DNA of 63,687 nucleotides, counting the filler, from an uncultured Rhodopirellula sp. (GTDB lineage Bacteria; Planctomycetota; Planctomycetia; Pirellulales; Pirellulaceae), in the NCBI GenBank assembly GCA_964007735.1. It is 13 parts of 13 records of this genome, joined end to end, with 100 filler letters (N's around TTAATTAATTAA, not from the genome) between each part and the next. Parts side by side here need not be neighbours in the genome. Positions count along the whole stretch, not along the records: positions 1 to 6,180 come from CAXGAI010000104.1; positions 6,281 to 12,105 come from CAXGAI010000106.1; 11 more parts are not named here. One strand, 5' to 3'. The position numbers and the translations under genes were made by a program. The notes beneath the pieces were generated by a model that was not told the origin of the DNA, ran no database searches, and was given only the letters and a program-made list of their open reading frames with translations. This document shows, in pieces, positions 1-9,659 of the stretch. The first letter of the stretch is position 1. Each line of letters starts with the position of its first letter.

Positions 1-610
1 GAACGATCACCCCCCGTGTTGCTTCTCGATGCCAACCACCATGATGCCCCATGAAAGTACCTCCCAACATCTTTCGCAGTGAAACATTTTTGCCTTCCTT
101 CTTATATTTTAAGCCACCCCAAAAACCATGGTTAGCGGTACGCAATGCAATTAATGGTTTTCCTGAATCAAAGTAATCATAAAAAAACTGCATCTGCTCT
201 TGAGGCAAATGCATAAATCGAGAAATCCAAATCACACAATCCGCTTTAGCTAAATGCTTAAGGCCAGGAATATTATGCCGCTTTTCTTTGTCCTTGAATG
301 GGGCAGGAACTGTAGGGTCCACTTCCCCCTTTTCATTCACTGAAAAAAGAACGGTACAATCAAAACCATGATGATTGGAAAGCACCTTCGCGAGCATTGG
401 CATAGATTGCTCACTACGATATTCCTGTTCAGCAGCTATCAAAACCACATGCTTTCCTTTTCCTGGTCCATCTGACCCTGAATAGTGAAGCCACAGATCA
501 CTTTTTGAGTGAACACTCTTGGAATTATCCTCCTGGCCTTCTAAGCCATTAACGAAAGACGAACAGAGCAAGTAAAAAAGAAATAAACAGTTTCTAGATA
601 TTCGAATCAT
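1..610 (-). CDS. ThuA-like (class I GATase-fold) domain secreted protein, 3' end outside window
   Basis: Manual translation from ATG at 610: MIRISRNCLFLFYLL...GPGKGKHVVLIAAEQEYRSEQSMPMLAKVLSNHHGFDCTVLF...GKPLIALRTANHGF; open to position 1; not in ORF track. Confidence 0.75.
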   Translation of the reverse strand, partial: MIRISRNCLFLFYLLCSSFVNGLEGQEDNSKSVHSKSDLWLHYSGSDGPGKGKHVVLIAAEQEYRSEQSMPMLAKVLSNHHGFDCTVLFSVNEKGEVDPTVPAPFKDKEKRHNIPGLKHLAKADCVIWISRFMHLPQEQMQFFYDYFDSGKPLIALRTANHGFWGGLKYKKEGKNVSLRKMLGGTFMGHHGGWHREATRGVIV

Positions 611-658
611 TTTTTTAACTGAATTAATTCTGAAAAAAAGTAACTGCAAAGTGTTAGA

Positions 659-1561
659 TTAAACAGCCGCAGCCTTGAGCGCTTTAAGAATCAGAGCCTT
701 GGTTTTTAATGAACCTTCAATGGGGTCCACCCCACGACCTTCAAATTCGATCGAGATCACACCAGAGTATGAAGAATCATAGATTATTTTGATCATCTTA
801 TAATAGTCGGTATTTGTCTCGTTACCTTTATCATCGAACTTCAACGCCTTGGCGCACACAGCAGGAGCATAAGGGAGACTCTTAGTTACCCCATCATATC
901 GATTGTAACGACCGAAGTTATTGAAGTCCGGTAAAAGTCCTGCGTTGGGTTTATTTATTTTCTTCATCGCAGCCAAGAGCCAATCTGGATCCTGTGAGTT
1001 GCCTCCGTGAGGCTCTATCACAATCTTTACTCCGGTCCCTTTGGCATAATCACAAAGAGAACCTAACCCTTTGGCTGCATTTTCAAGATTCTCATCACGA
1101 TTGCCTCCGGAGCGGCAGTTAACCCGAATAGCCGTACAGCCTAATTGTGCAGCGCAATCCACCCAGCCTTTATGTTCATCAATTGCACGTGTTCGCGCCT
1201 GGGCATCCTTCGAGTCCAACTGGTTCTTAGCATCAACCAAAATTAGTACGTTCTTCATACCTTCGCCAGTAGTCCGTTTAACCAATTCACCAACATATTT
1301 TTTGTTAGTGTGTTTTCCATTGAAGGGCCTATTCCAGTATTCGATATGAGTAATGCCCAGTTTATCCTTCGCTAGAGCCGGATAATCCAGATGATCCAGT
1401 TTTCCTGAGCCAATCCATCGGTGAAAGGTATATTCCTGAATACCAATCTGAAAACGGTTTGGATCATTTTTATCTTTTGCAAAAAGCGTTGGAGCAAACG
1501 AAATGATTGGAGTAGCCAACGCGGTGCCACCAAGGAATGAACGTCGAGAAAGTGATTTCAT
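659..1561 (-). CDS. Sugar phosphate isomerase/epimerase (xylose-isomerase-like TIM barrel) with Tat signal
   Basis: SRRSFLGG twin-arginine motif; IVIEPHGG, LLPDFNNF, ISIEFEG metal-binding motifs. Confidence 0.85.
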   Translation of the reverse strand: MKSLSRRSFLGGTALATPIISFAPTLFAKDKNDPNRFQIGIQEYTFHRWIGSGKLDHLDYPALAKDKLGITHIEYWNRPFNGKHTNKKYVGELVKRTTGEGMKNVLILVDAKNQLDSKDAQARTRAIDEHKGWVDCAAQLGCTAIRVNCRSGGNRDENLENAAKGLGSLCDYAKGTGVKIVIEPHGGNSQDPDWLLAAMKKINKPNAGLLPDFNNFGRYNRYDGVTKSLPYAPAVCAKALKFDDKGNETNTDYYKMIKIIYDSSYSGVISIEFEGRGVDPIEGSLKTKALILKALKAAAV

Positions 1562-1687
1562 GAGCTCAATAATACCGCCCACAATGCAAAAGGGAAGCTA
1601 GTTCTTAGAAAACACCTTACTCAAGACTAACTTTCAAATAGTTCATGAAACAATTTTTTGTCCTTCCTCACATCCTTGAGAATTCGA

Positions 1688-2641
1688 TTATTTTCTGCGG
1701 TTCCTGTAATTCATCATAGAATCAGTCGTGCCAACGAGGCCCTTATCATCAGTGATACCATGAAAAACGAGAGGCATGAAAGGAGCAGGATCCTCCTCCA
1801 AACTCCATGCAATTCCCCTCAACAAGATCAGTCGATACATAGGATCAAAATAAGTGTATGTGTAATGGCCAGTAGTGGTGCCGAATGCTCGACCCTTGCC
1901 TGAGGTGTATGTCCAAAAAGCATCACTACGAACTCCTTCGCTTTTTAGAATATCGGCGAACAATACATTGTCCTTGTCCGATTTTGGAGCAACGGCCCCA
2001 ATGACCTCGACATTGTCCCGCTTGAGAAGATCCCAATATGATTCATCATTTAGATTCACTGATTGAGGCAACCCTTTAAATGCTGGATGTTCGGTTTTAA
2101 GATACAAAGGGTGATCATTGGAAAACTTACCCCAATGCGAATCTTTATTGCCCTGCCAGGAGCACCCAATGCATCCTGCCAACTTATTCGCACGACCAAT
2201 TGGACGAATAATGCAAGACTCGTGGATTGAAACAACGCTACCTCCTCGATCAACATAATTTTGATACATAGTGAATTGCTCATCCGTCAGGTCAGGGAGA
2301 TGCAGAAATTGAATCATGAGATCGGCTCGATTAAACTGATCCTGAGACGGAAACATATAAGCCTCTTCCACAGTCACTCGCGGAACTGTTTTGAGCATCG
2401 GAACAAACAATTCTTTGATGCGAATATAATCATGTTCACCGCCACCGTGATCCTCGGGTCCATAGAGCCAAAGTATCCGGATGTCCCGACTCAGTTTGGC
2501 ATCTTCAAATTGCCCAGTAAATTTCAGGATTTTTTCTCTTGGAATTGGTTTATTGGGTTGTGGAACTGTTCGGCTTCCGCGGTCAGCTGCAGCCAATAGA
2601 CCAACTGTTCCTATTAGAGAAATTAAGAGTAATTTTTTCAT
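1688..2641 (-). CDS. ThuA-like domain secreted protein
   Basis: Signal peptide MKKLLLISLIG; GPEDHGGGEHDY, GGSVVSIH, HPAFKGLP, DESYW, GRAFGTTTGH motifs. Confidence 0.75.
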   Translation of the reverse strand: MKKLLLISLIGTVGLLAAADRGSRTVPQPNKPIPREKILKFTGQFEDAKLSRDIRILWLYGPEDHGGGEHDYIRIKELFVPMLKTVPRVTVEEAYMFPSQDQFNRADLMIQFLHLPDLTDEQFTMYQNYVDRGGSVVSIHESCIIRPIGRANKLAGCIGCSWQGNKDSHWGKFSNDHPLYLKTEHPAFKGLPQSVNLNDESYWDLLKRDNVEVIGAVAPKSDKDNVLFADILKSEGVRSDAFWTYTSGKGRAFGTTTGHYTYTYFDPMYRLILLRGIAWSLEEDPAPFMPLVFHGITDDKGLVGTTDSMMNYRNRRK

Positions 2642-2736
2642 AATGAATGATGAACACAAATTCTAGCTCAACATTATAATTCAGGGAAGATATAAAAATC
2701 TTACAGAACACAATCTATTAAATGCGCTAATGGCTT

Positions 2737-3837
2737 CTAGTTTACTTCCACTTCAACTAAGAAAGATCCATCCTCATTTTTCTTCAGCACCTTCATGCTC
2801 ATGGGCGCATCTTTGTGATTGAACCGATCACCCGGCTGAAATGGAGCCTTCAACAAATCTTCTTTTGGGTAAACAACGACCGGATTCTGTCCTGTAGCGA
2901 GTTTGGCATCGACACTGTAAACAAGGACACCGAGAGAATTTTGGACCTTGTCTTTGTTTCGAATGGGTTGCGAAATCTCAACGACAAAGACCTTACTGGG
3001 TTTGACTAGATTATCTACGGGAATGGTGATCATCGAAACACCTGAGGATGCATTCAATGGCGTCAGTTTTAATCGATGGGTTCCCGAGGTGATATAGGTT
3101 TTCCTGTTAGCATCGAGCCAGCCAAATTTGTGTCGATGCCATCCCAGGAAACCACTTGCCCTACCAGCTGATGACATGATGTCCCAAGGACCAGCGGGAT
3201 TCTTCGGTCCTTCGACTCCCCCATAAGTGTACAGATCGGGTAGACCCATCAGATGGGCCGTTTCATGGGCAAGCACATATGGGCTAACGCTGGAAATATT
3301 CAGCGCTACATTAATCTTGTTGCCCTTATAGGGAATGGCAAGCTCATCCCGCTCCCCGAACGCGGTGTTCCCGATTCGCGGCATATTGACCATGATGTAG
3401 TCGTAGGCCAAAAAATCTATTTTCGGATAGAGATCAAATATTTCCACAAACAGTTCGCGATGAGAATCGGTCGTCCTGCTACTGTACTTCCCCGCAGACT
3501 TGGACAAACGCCGCCAACCATAAACATGCTCAATCTCGATAGTCATTTTTCCATAAGATTGCTCATGAAACAGTTTCTGAAATATCCCATTTCCCAGAAC
3601 GGCCTTGCCCCGATCCTTCGTGTCGACCTTCATCACGGCGTCCGAAAAGTCAGCATATAGCATGATGGCTTTTTTGTGGCCGATGGTGCTGTCATAGATC
3701 AACGGATCATTGGCACCCTCGGTCTTGTAGACATCGCCCTTGGTATCGAGGACGGGAATCTGCATTGCGGCCATCTGACAGGACGTCAGAAACACAATAT
3801 GCAGAGCAGTTGCAAAAATTAAAAGGAGCCGTTTCAT
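2737..3837 (-). CDS. M6-family (immune inhibitor A-like) zinc metalloprotease, probable lipoprotein
   Basis: HETAHLMGLPDLY zinc motif, WDIMS Met-turn, GWHRHKFGW; lipobox-like FLTSC. Confidence 0.8.
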   Translation of the reverse strand: MKRLLLIFATALHIVFLTSCQMAAMQIPVLDTKGDVYKTEGANDPLIYDSTIGHKKAIMLYADFSDAVMKVDTKDRGKAVLGNGIFQKLFHEQSYGKMTIEIEHVYGWRRLSKSAGKYSSRTTDSHRELFVEIFDLYPKIDFLAYDYIMVNMPRIGNTAFGERDELAIPYKGNKINVALNISSVSPYVLAHETAHLMGLPDLYTYGGVEGPKNPAGPWDIMSSAGRASGFLGWHRHKFGWLDANRKTYITSGTHRLKLTPLNASSGVSMITIPVDNLVKPSKVFVVEISQPIRNKDKVQNSLGVLVYSVDAKLATGQNPVVVYPKEDLLKAPFQPGDRFNHKDAPMSMKVLKKNEDGSFLVEVEVN

Positions 3838-3870
3838 CCCTTTAGATGCTCCATTTTTTGGTTATAGATC

Positions 3871-4533
3871 TCATTCAGCAGCCTTGACTGCAAAATAAGA
3901 ACCTGCAACAACCTTTTCGGCCAGCAAAACATTGACGGCAACTTGGCGTCCGGACTCATCGTGCGAAGGATCACCTCCACCAAAGTCCCAGAACCATCCC
4001 TTATACTTTCCTGACGTAGCTTCAAGTACAAGTCCCTGCTTGGTAAGCGTCAGCTTCCAGTAACTGTTTGACGTCGCACGCTTGGCAAGCCGAAGAGCAG
4101 GAGTCACTGTTAGATTAGGGCCTTCGGGTCGAGTCTTCGCACTGTCATCAATGACAATGATCCAACCCTTGTATTTCCCGGAAGCCGCACGGACAAGATA
4201 CCCCTTTTCTGTTTCCACAAATTGCCAGGCCGAGGTATCACGCGATTTACTAGCTAAGGAAATGCCTTCGACCACGTCAATACCATCTAATTTACTGGAT
4301 TTCGCTTTTTCTGTAACATCAATAAACCATCCTTTAAATCGGGATACGACCGGGCTAAGCGTGCGAGGTTTACTTGCACTTTTGGCTCCTTTAAATTCAA
4401 GAGCATCTGTCTGAATTTCCCGTAACCCCTTCATGAATGCATCGTGACCCTCAGAAGCTGGTGGGCTTTCCGCAAATGAGTGAGAGAATACCGTTAAAAA
4501 AGAAGCGATTAGAAAAAATAGTATTTGTTTCAT
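3871..4533 (-). CDS. Secreted hypothetical protein with three internal repeats (beta-trefoil-like)
   Basis: Signal peptide; three repeats with (G/R)(K)(Y/F)KGW ... LA ... S(A/Y)(W/F). Confidence 0.65.
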   Translation of the reverse strand: MKQILFFLIASFLTVFSHSFAESPPASEGHDAFMKGLREIQTDALEFKGAKSASKPRTLSPVVSRFKGWFIDVTEKAKSSKLDGIDVVEGISLASKSRDTSAWQFVETEKGYLVRAASGKYKGWIIVIDDSAKTRPEGPNLTVTPALRLAKRATSNSYWKLTLTKQGLVLEATSGKYKGWFWDFGGGDPSHDESGRQVAVNVLLAEKVVAGSYFAVKAAE

Positions 4534-4675
4534 TGTCGTATTGAAGTTCTATAAATATTAAAAATTTCCTGATTTTCCTTTGGTCCCGAGATAGTAGAGA
4601 CTGGTTTCTAAATCGTCAAGTTCCAGCAAATCAAGATACGTGATATCCATTCCCAAAATACTGACACCCAAAAAC

Positions 4676-5773
4676 ATGAATAACCGAAAGACACACCGAT
4701 TTACACTCACCTTCGCCCTGTTGCTGGCGTCCATAGGTCAAGCGGCCGAGCCTTTCCGGATTTACTCCCCAAGTAGCAAGAAAAATACGCTCTGGATCAT
4801 CCAAGCCACACCGAAGGAGGGTGGCCTTGAGCTCAAGGTCGATAAAAAAGTGAAGTTCGAATTTTCGGGCCGAGTCATCACGGCTCATCCGAGTAAGCCA
4901 TTGCTGTATGTAACGGCAACGGGCGGGAAACCCGGCAAGGTACCTGGAGCCGTCGTGCTCCTAAATAAGGATGGTTCCTACCTGAAGCATCATAATGTGA
5001 ATTTCAACGACGGGGCCTGCTACATGAGCCTCGACAAGGAAAACAGACACCTGCTCGGGGTCAGTTACGGAAACGGGCGGCTCAACGTCTATCCGCTTGA
5101 CGACAAAGGAATCCCCGGCAAAGCCGTCACCACGGTGGACGAGGGTAAAAAGGAGGCTCACTGCGTGCTTCTTCCGCCCGACGGAAAGAACGTCTATATT
5201 CCTTACGTAAAAGGAAATCTTGCCCTTTTGCAGTATGTCTATAACAGCAAGACCGGGGAAGTCACCCCGCTCGAACCCAAAGACGCCAAGCCTCCCCTCG
5301 GATCGGGGCCTCGCCACATGGCTTACCACCCTACCTTACCCATGGTCTATTTTAGCAACGAACAGGGCATCGGACTTTCAACTTACCGTAGAGAAGCCAA
5401 CGGGCAACTCAAGGTGGAGCAGGACATCAACATCCTGCCACCCGGCATGTCCAAGATCGGCCTGAGCGCTTCGGACCTCCTCATCACAACGGATGGGAAA
5501 TTCCTCTTTGCCGGCCTGCGCGGGCACCGGCAAGATTTTGACCATATCTCCCGCTATCGTGTGCTGGAAAATGGTCAAGCCGAATTCATCGGCTTGACTG
5601 AAGCTGATAAAATTCCCTGGGGACTAACGCTCTCGCCAGATAGCAAGTTTCTCCTCGTTTCTGCAACTACAGGTGCCAGCTTGACAGCCTACCGGATATC
5701 GCCAAACGGAGACCTCAAAAAAGTTACCTCACTAGCTTGGGATGCGGGCATGTCCGACTTGGTGACGCGATAA
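4676..5773 (+). CDS. Lactonase-family beta-propeller (6-phosphogluconolactonase-like), secreted
   Basis: AHCVLLPPDG, GSGPRHMAYHP, SASDLLITTDGKFLFAGLRG, PWGLTLSPD motifs; signal peptide. Confidence 0.85.
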   Translation: MNNRKTHRFTLTFALLLASIGQAAEPFRIYSPSSKKNTLWIIQATPKEGGLELKVDKKVKFEFSGRVITAHPSKPLLYVTATGGKPGKVPGAVVLLNKDGSYLKHHNVNFNDGACYMSLDKENRHLLGVSYGNGRLNVYPLDDKGIPGKAVTTVDEGKKEAHCVLLPPDGKNVYIPYVKGNLALLQYVYNSKTGEVTPLEPKDAKPPLGSGPRHMAYHPTLPMVYFSNEQGIGLSTYRREANGQLKVEQDINILPPGMSKIGLSASDLLITTDGKFLFAGLRGHRQDFDHISRYRVLENGQAEFIGLTEADKIPWGLTLSPDSKFLLVSATTGASLTAYRISPNGDLKKVTSLAWDAGMSDLVTR

Positions 5774-5955
5774 CCCGGAAGACTTGGGGTTCATCGTGAT
5801 TAATGATTGACCTAAGATAATTGGGTAGGTGAAAAGGAGAGGCTCAAAGGTGACTCAGAGAATTAGTAGTGGAGAAAAGTCATTTAAACTTTTCATTCAC
5901 TTGATGACAACTTACTATCCGTAAATTTCATATCAATAAACTTAGAAATCACCGA

Positions 5956-6180
5956 ATGTCTAGATACCTGATTCTTAGGCCGAGTTCATATTGGATTTTG
6001 GCGGTTAGCTGTGTCTGCCTCTTGTTGACAGGAACGTGGGCCAAACCTCCGATCACGGATGGAGAGACAGATCCGGTCATGCTGGATTTGGATCCGTACA
6101 TGATAGAGGCGTTACGGAATACGCCAGGCACGGGGTTGGCGGGGCGTTGGGGGCCGACTGGCAGCATCGTTCAATTAGTA
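5956..6180 (+). CDS. Hypothetical protein N-terminus (signal-peptide-like), truncated by linker, possibly chimeric
   Basis: ORF track; hydrophobic N-terminus; GC rises toward the contig end. Confidence 0.35.
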
Positions 6181-6280
6181 NNNNNNNNNNNNNNNNNNNN
6201 NNNNNNNNNNNNNNNNNNNNNNNNTTAATTAATTAANNNNNNNNNNNNNNNNNNNNNNNNNNNNNNNNNNNNNNNNNNNN
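6181..6280. other. Artificial contig linker
   Basis: N44-TTAATTAATTAA-N44; stop codons in all six frames. Confidence 0.99.
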
Positions 6281-9200
6281 CCCCGCCACGCGGCTTTTGT
6301 GGTGATTTCATCAACTGTGTCTGATTCTGCTCAAGTAAGTAGCTATAAGAATACTACTGCACCGATTATTAATATGTCTGGTTCCTTCCAAGATGATTTG
6401 GGTTTTGTAGGAAATAAAATTCTTACTGGAAGTACTGTATCTGGTTCTGAAGCAGTACTTTATGTTGAAGGTGATGAAATTCCTGAAGGTAAAACAGTTG
6501 GTGATGTTAAAACACCGGCAGTGGCTGCTTCAATTAACATTGCTGATGCATCACACGCTTTGGCTGGAGGATTGGCTGCAGGTTCACAGGATATAGCAAC
6601 AGCGGTTCAAGTCATAAATTGGGGTATGCCAAATGGTAATGCAAATGTGATCGCAACTATTGGTGATACTGATAAGGCTGCAATTTATGCCTATGAAGTT
6701 GGTGTCGGAATGGGAGGTGGAATTGATGCAGCAGGTCGTCGCGTTCATCTGCATACAACAACCGATGGTCTTGCGACTGCAACAACAGCTGGCTCTAGTT
6801 TGATTAGTGCTGCAGTGAATTGGGTTATGGAGTTTGATATTCTCGCATCCGGTGGTGATTTGGATTTGGTTGAAGGCGAATCACTAGTTCTGGATGGACG
6901 TGCAGTAGGCGAAAACATTGTTGTACAGTGGTACAAGGATGGAGTTGCCATCGAGGGTGGGGCCAGTCTTGACCTTGGCGTTCTTGAACAGGGTGATGCT
7001 GGTACTTACACGCGTAAGGCAACGGATCCAGATGCTCCGTGGGTCAAGCGATTCAAGGAAATCAGCTATGTTGTATCCGTGAGTAAAAGAGGCCCAGAGG
7101 CCATATTGGTAACTTCATCCAGCGACTTGACCGCAAGTGATGCGATCATCAAGAGCAAGTTGGAGGGTAAAGGTTACTATGTCATACAATCTGACGCCGC
7201 TGATACTTATGCAACAGATGTAGAAGGGAAGATGCTCGTGGTGATTTCTCCAAGTGCAGCTGCATCTGGTGAGATTGTATTCAATAATACAGGGTCAACG
7301 ACTGGAGCGTTTTTTGCCACAACCAAAGAATTTGGCGATCAAGTTGAATTGGGATTGAATAATCGGTTGATTGACAGTTTGTCATTCGAATACTTCGGTG
7401 ATTTCACAGCTGATGGAGATGAAACTGCGATTGCAAGAATCTATGCAAACGACGGGGATAGCACTGGAGCGGCCAATAAACCTGGTACTTTACTTTATGA
7501 AAGCGATTCATTCACGATTGCGCCGGGCTTTAACAGTGTTGTGATTGGTGGATTGTTGTTAGAAGCGACCGACTCCATCACTTGGACAGTTGATTTCAAC
7601 GGTGTAGGAGATGTAGAAGGAAATAGAGCTGGATTAATTTTCTATAATCCTCCGTCTGTTGGCTCAAGCGATGATGATTTCTGGGTAAACAATACGAATT
7701 CTAGAGAGGTTATTTACAGTAATAACCATGGTTCAGTTTACGAAGCTTACTACAAGAGCGGCAGTGAATTTGGTGATCAGATTCGCCTGAGTTCAACAAG
7801 CGCAATGAGTGAACTAAGTTTTGAAGTCTACGCAGAAATTAGTAATGCTCCAAGTGAGGCCACAGCTAAACTTCGTATTTATGCGAATGATGGTGATACC
7901 TACCTTACTACAGATACAAAGCAGCCAGGTACATTGTTGTTTGAAAGTGGTAGTATTGCACTGAAAGAAGGTTATCACACTTATACGGTATCCGACATTG
8001 ATGCAGTTTTACCTAGAGACATTACTTGGACAGTAGAGTTTGGGGGAGTCACCGGTGATGAACTGACAGTGGGTAACAACGCGGCCCTAATATTGGCAGG
8101 CATCGATGGCATTGGTACCAGCAATGCTGATTTCTGGCAAAAGACCGGGGCAACATGGACAACTTATGTGACAAATGATGCGAATGATGTAAACGATTTC
8201 TCCGCAAATGTGGTGAAGTACAGTGCCGGTTCAGGTGGCTGGTCAACCTATACAGTTGCGAATGCTGAAGTTGTAAACAATTTTGGTGCGAAAGTCACAG
8301 CTGGTGTAGAGGATGATCTTTTAACTGCAGCGAATGTCCCAATGGTTGTTCTTAATCCAGGGTTCCAATCGCATGTTCGTTATACTGGCACCGGTGAAGG
8401 TGACTCCGGGACAGCGAGTGGCAGTAAGATTACAGTTGTGAATGCTGATCACGGTTTAGCAGGTGGTCTTTCGGGTGATGTTGGATTGGTAACCCTAGGC
8501 AATGGAGATGCAGGGATTGGCTGGGGTGTTCCGCAGGGCGATGTTGATATTGTAGCAACGCTTGTTGGTGATGGGGAAAAGGCCTCTATTTATGGCTATA
8601 AGGAAGGAGCACTTTTGGCCGATGGTAATGCTGCTCCTGAGCGACGTTCGTTTGTCTTTGCTACTGATGAACTTCTAGGTAAAGCAGATGCAAATGCCCT
8701 TAAATTGATTGATTCAGCCATTGATTGGACAGGCGGTACCGGATTCCTAACATCACCAAGTAGTGCAGAGTTGCTTGAGGGAGAAACCGTCACATTGTCT
8801 GCCGAAGGTTATGGCCCTGGTGATGTTACTTACCAGTGGAAGAAGAACGGTGGCAATATTGATGGAGCAACCGGCTCTAGCTTAATCCTTGAAGCTGTGG
8901 CCAAGGATGCGGCTGCCAATTACAGCGTAGTTGTAACAAGTGCCAGCGGTGCAACTGCTGAAGCAACGGCATCAGTCAAGGTCTACAATCTGCCAGCCAT
9001 TACGCTTGTCGCTCCTTTGGAAGGATCCACAACATCAGCAGTTACTCATCAAGTTAAACTTCGTGCAGTTGGTGGCGCAGATAGAATTGATGTGGAGACA
9101 ATATCTATTGCTATTAATGGAGTTGACGTCACTGAGAATATGAATTTGGCGAGCAATATTCGTGGTGTGCAAGTTACAGCTGATCTTGTTGAAAACACAA

Positions 9201-9580
9201 ATACTGATACCATTAAAGGTGTATTCCTCGGTTATGAGGATTTAGCTCCTGGGGAAAACAACGGAATGCAGGTGACAATGTCCTTCGAGGTAATTGGAGG
9301 TGCCAGAGTACTGACGAAACAGTGGTCTTACACTCTCTATGATTCTTCTCAGACTGGAGGAGATGGATCAATTGCCAAGATGGCAGTTAACCAGATATTC
9401 CAGCGTGGTAATGACCTGTATGTTGTTTGGCCAGGTTCACCGGGCTTAATGCTTGAGCGTAACAGCGACTGTAAGGGTGGCGTATGGGAACCGCTTCCGA
9501 ACACGGTTGGCCGCGGTCTCCACGTCGAACCGAACTGCGGAACGCAGGCATTCTTCCGCTTGGTTCGTGTGAAGGAATAA
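6281..9580 (+). CDS. Large extracellular multidomain protein (GATase-like repeats, Ig-like domains, nested beta-rich repeats), 5' truncated
   Basis: Two Ig-like motifs (QWYKDG...DAGTYT; YQWKKNG...DAAANYSV); two copies of HxLAGGL...WGxP...IYxYxxG...RR...SAxxW; two copies of EFGDQ...RIYANDGD...PGTLL.ES...ITWTV.F; C-terminal FFRLVR. Confidence 0.85.
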   Translation, partial: PRHAAFVVISSTVSDSAQVSSYKNTTAPIINMSGSFQDDLGFVGNKILTGSTVSGSEAVLYVEGDEIPEGKTVGDVKTPAVAASINIADASHALAGGLAAGSQDIATAVQVINWGMPNGNANVIATIGDTDKAAIYAYEVGVGMGGGIDAAGRRVHLHTTTDGLATATTAGSSLISAAVNWVMEFDILASGGDLDLVEGESLVLDGRAVGENIVVQWYKDGVAIEGGASLDLGVLEQGDAGTYTRKATDPDAPWVKRFKEISYVVSVSKRGPEAILVTSSSDLTASDAIIKSKLEGKGYYVIQSDAADTYATDVEGKMLVVISPSAAASGEIVFNNTGSTTGAFFATTKEFGDQVELGLNNRLIDSLSFEYFGDFTADGDETAIARIYANDGDSTGAANKPGTLLYESDSFTIAPGFNSVVIGGLLLEATDSITWTVDFNGVGDVEGNRAGLIFYNPPSVGSSDDDFWVNNTNSREVIYSNNHGSVYEAYYKSGSEFGDQIRLSSTSAMSELSFEVYAEISNAPSEATAKLRIYANDGDTYLTTDTKQPGTLLFESGSIALKEGYHTYTVSDIDAVLPRDITWTVEFGGVTGDELTVGNNAALILAGIDGIGTSNADFWQKTGATWTTYVTNDANDVNDFSANVVKYSAGSGGWSTYTVANAEVVNNFGAKVTAGVEDDLLTAANVPMVVLNPGFQSHVRYTGTGEGDSGTASGSKITVVNADHGLAGGLSGDVGLVTLGNGDAGIGWGVPQGDVDIVATLVGDGEKASIYGYKEGALLADGNAAPERRSFVFATDELLGKADANALKLIDSAIDWTGGTGFLTSPSSAELLEGETVTLSAEGYGPGDVTYQWKKNGGNIDGATGSSLILEAVAKDAAANYSVVVTSASGATAEATASVKVYNLPAITLVAPLEGSTTSAVTHQVKLRAVGGADRIDVETISIAINGVDVTENMNLASNIRGVQVTADLVENTNTDTIKGVFLGYEDLAPGENNGMQVTMSFEVIGGARVLTKQWSYTLYDSSQTGGDGSIAKMAVNQIFQRGNDLYVVWPGSPGLMLERNSDCKGGVWEPLPNTVGRGLHVEPNCGTQAFFRLVRVKE

Positions 9581-9602
9581 AATTCGCACCAAGAATTAGC
9601 AG

Positions 9603-9635
9603 AACACCCGGATGGAAACATCCGGGTGTTTTTTT
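9603..9635 (+). terminator. Intrinsic terminator
   Basis: Perfect 12-bp stem AACACCCGGATG-gaaa-CATCCGGGTGTT followed by a T run, between convergent genes. Confidence 0.9.
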
Positions 9636-9659
9636 ATACAATTGCTTTACTTGAAACGC

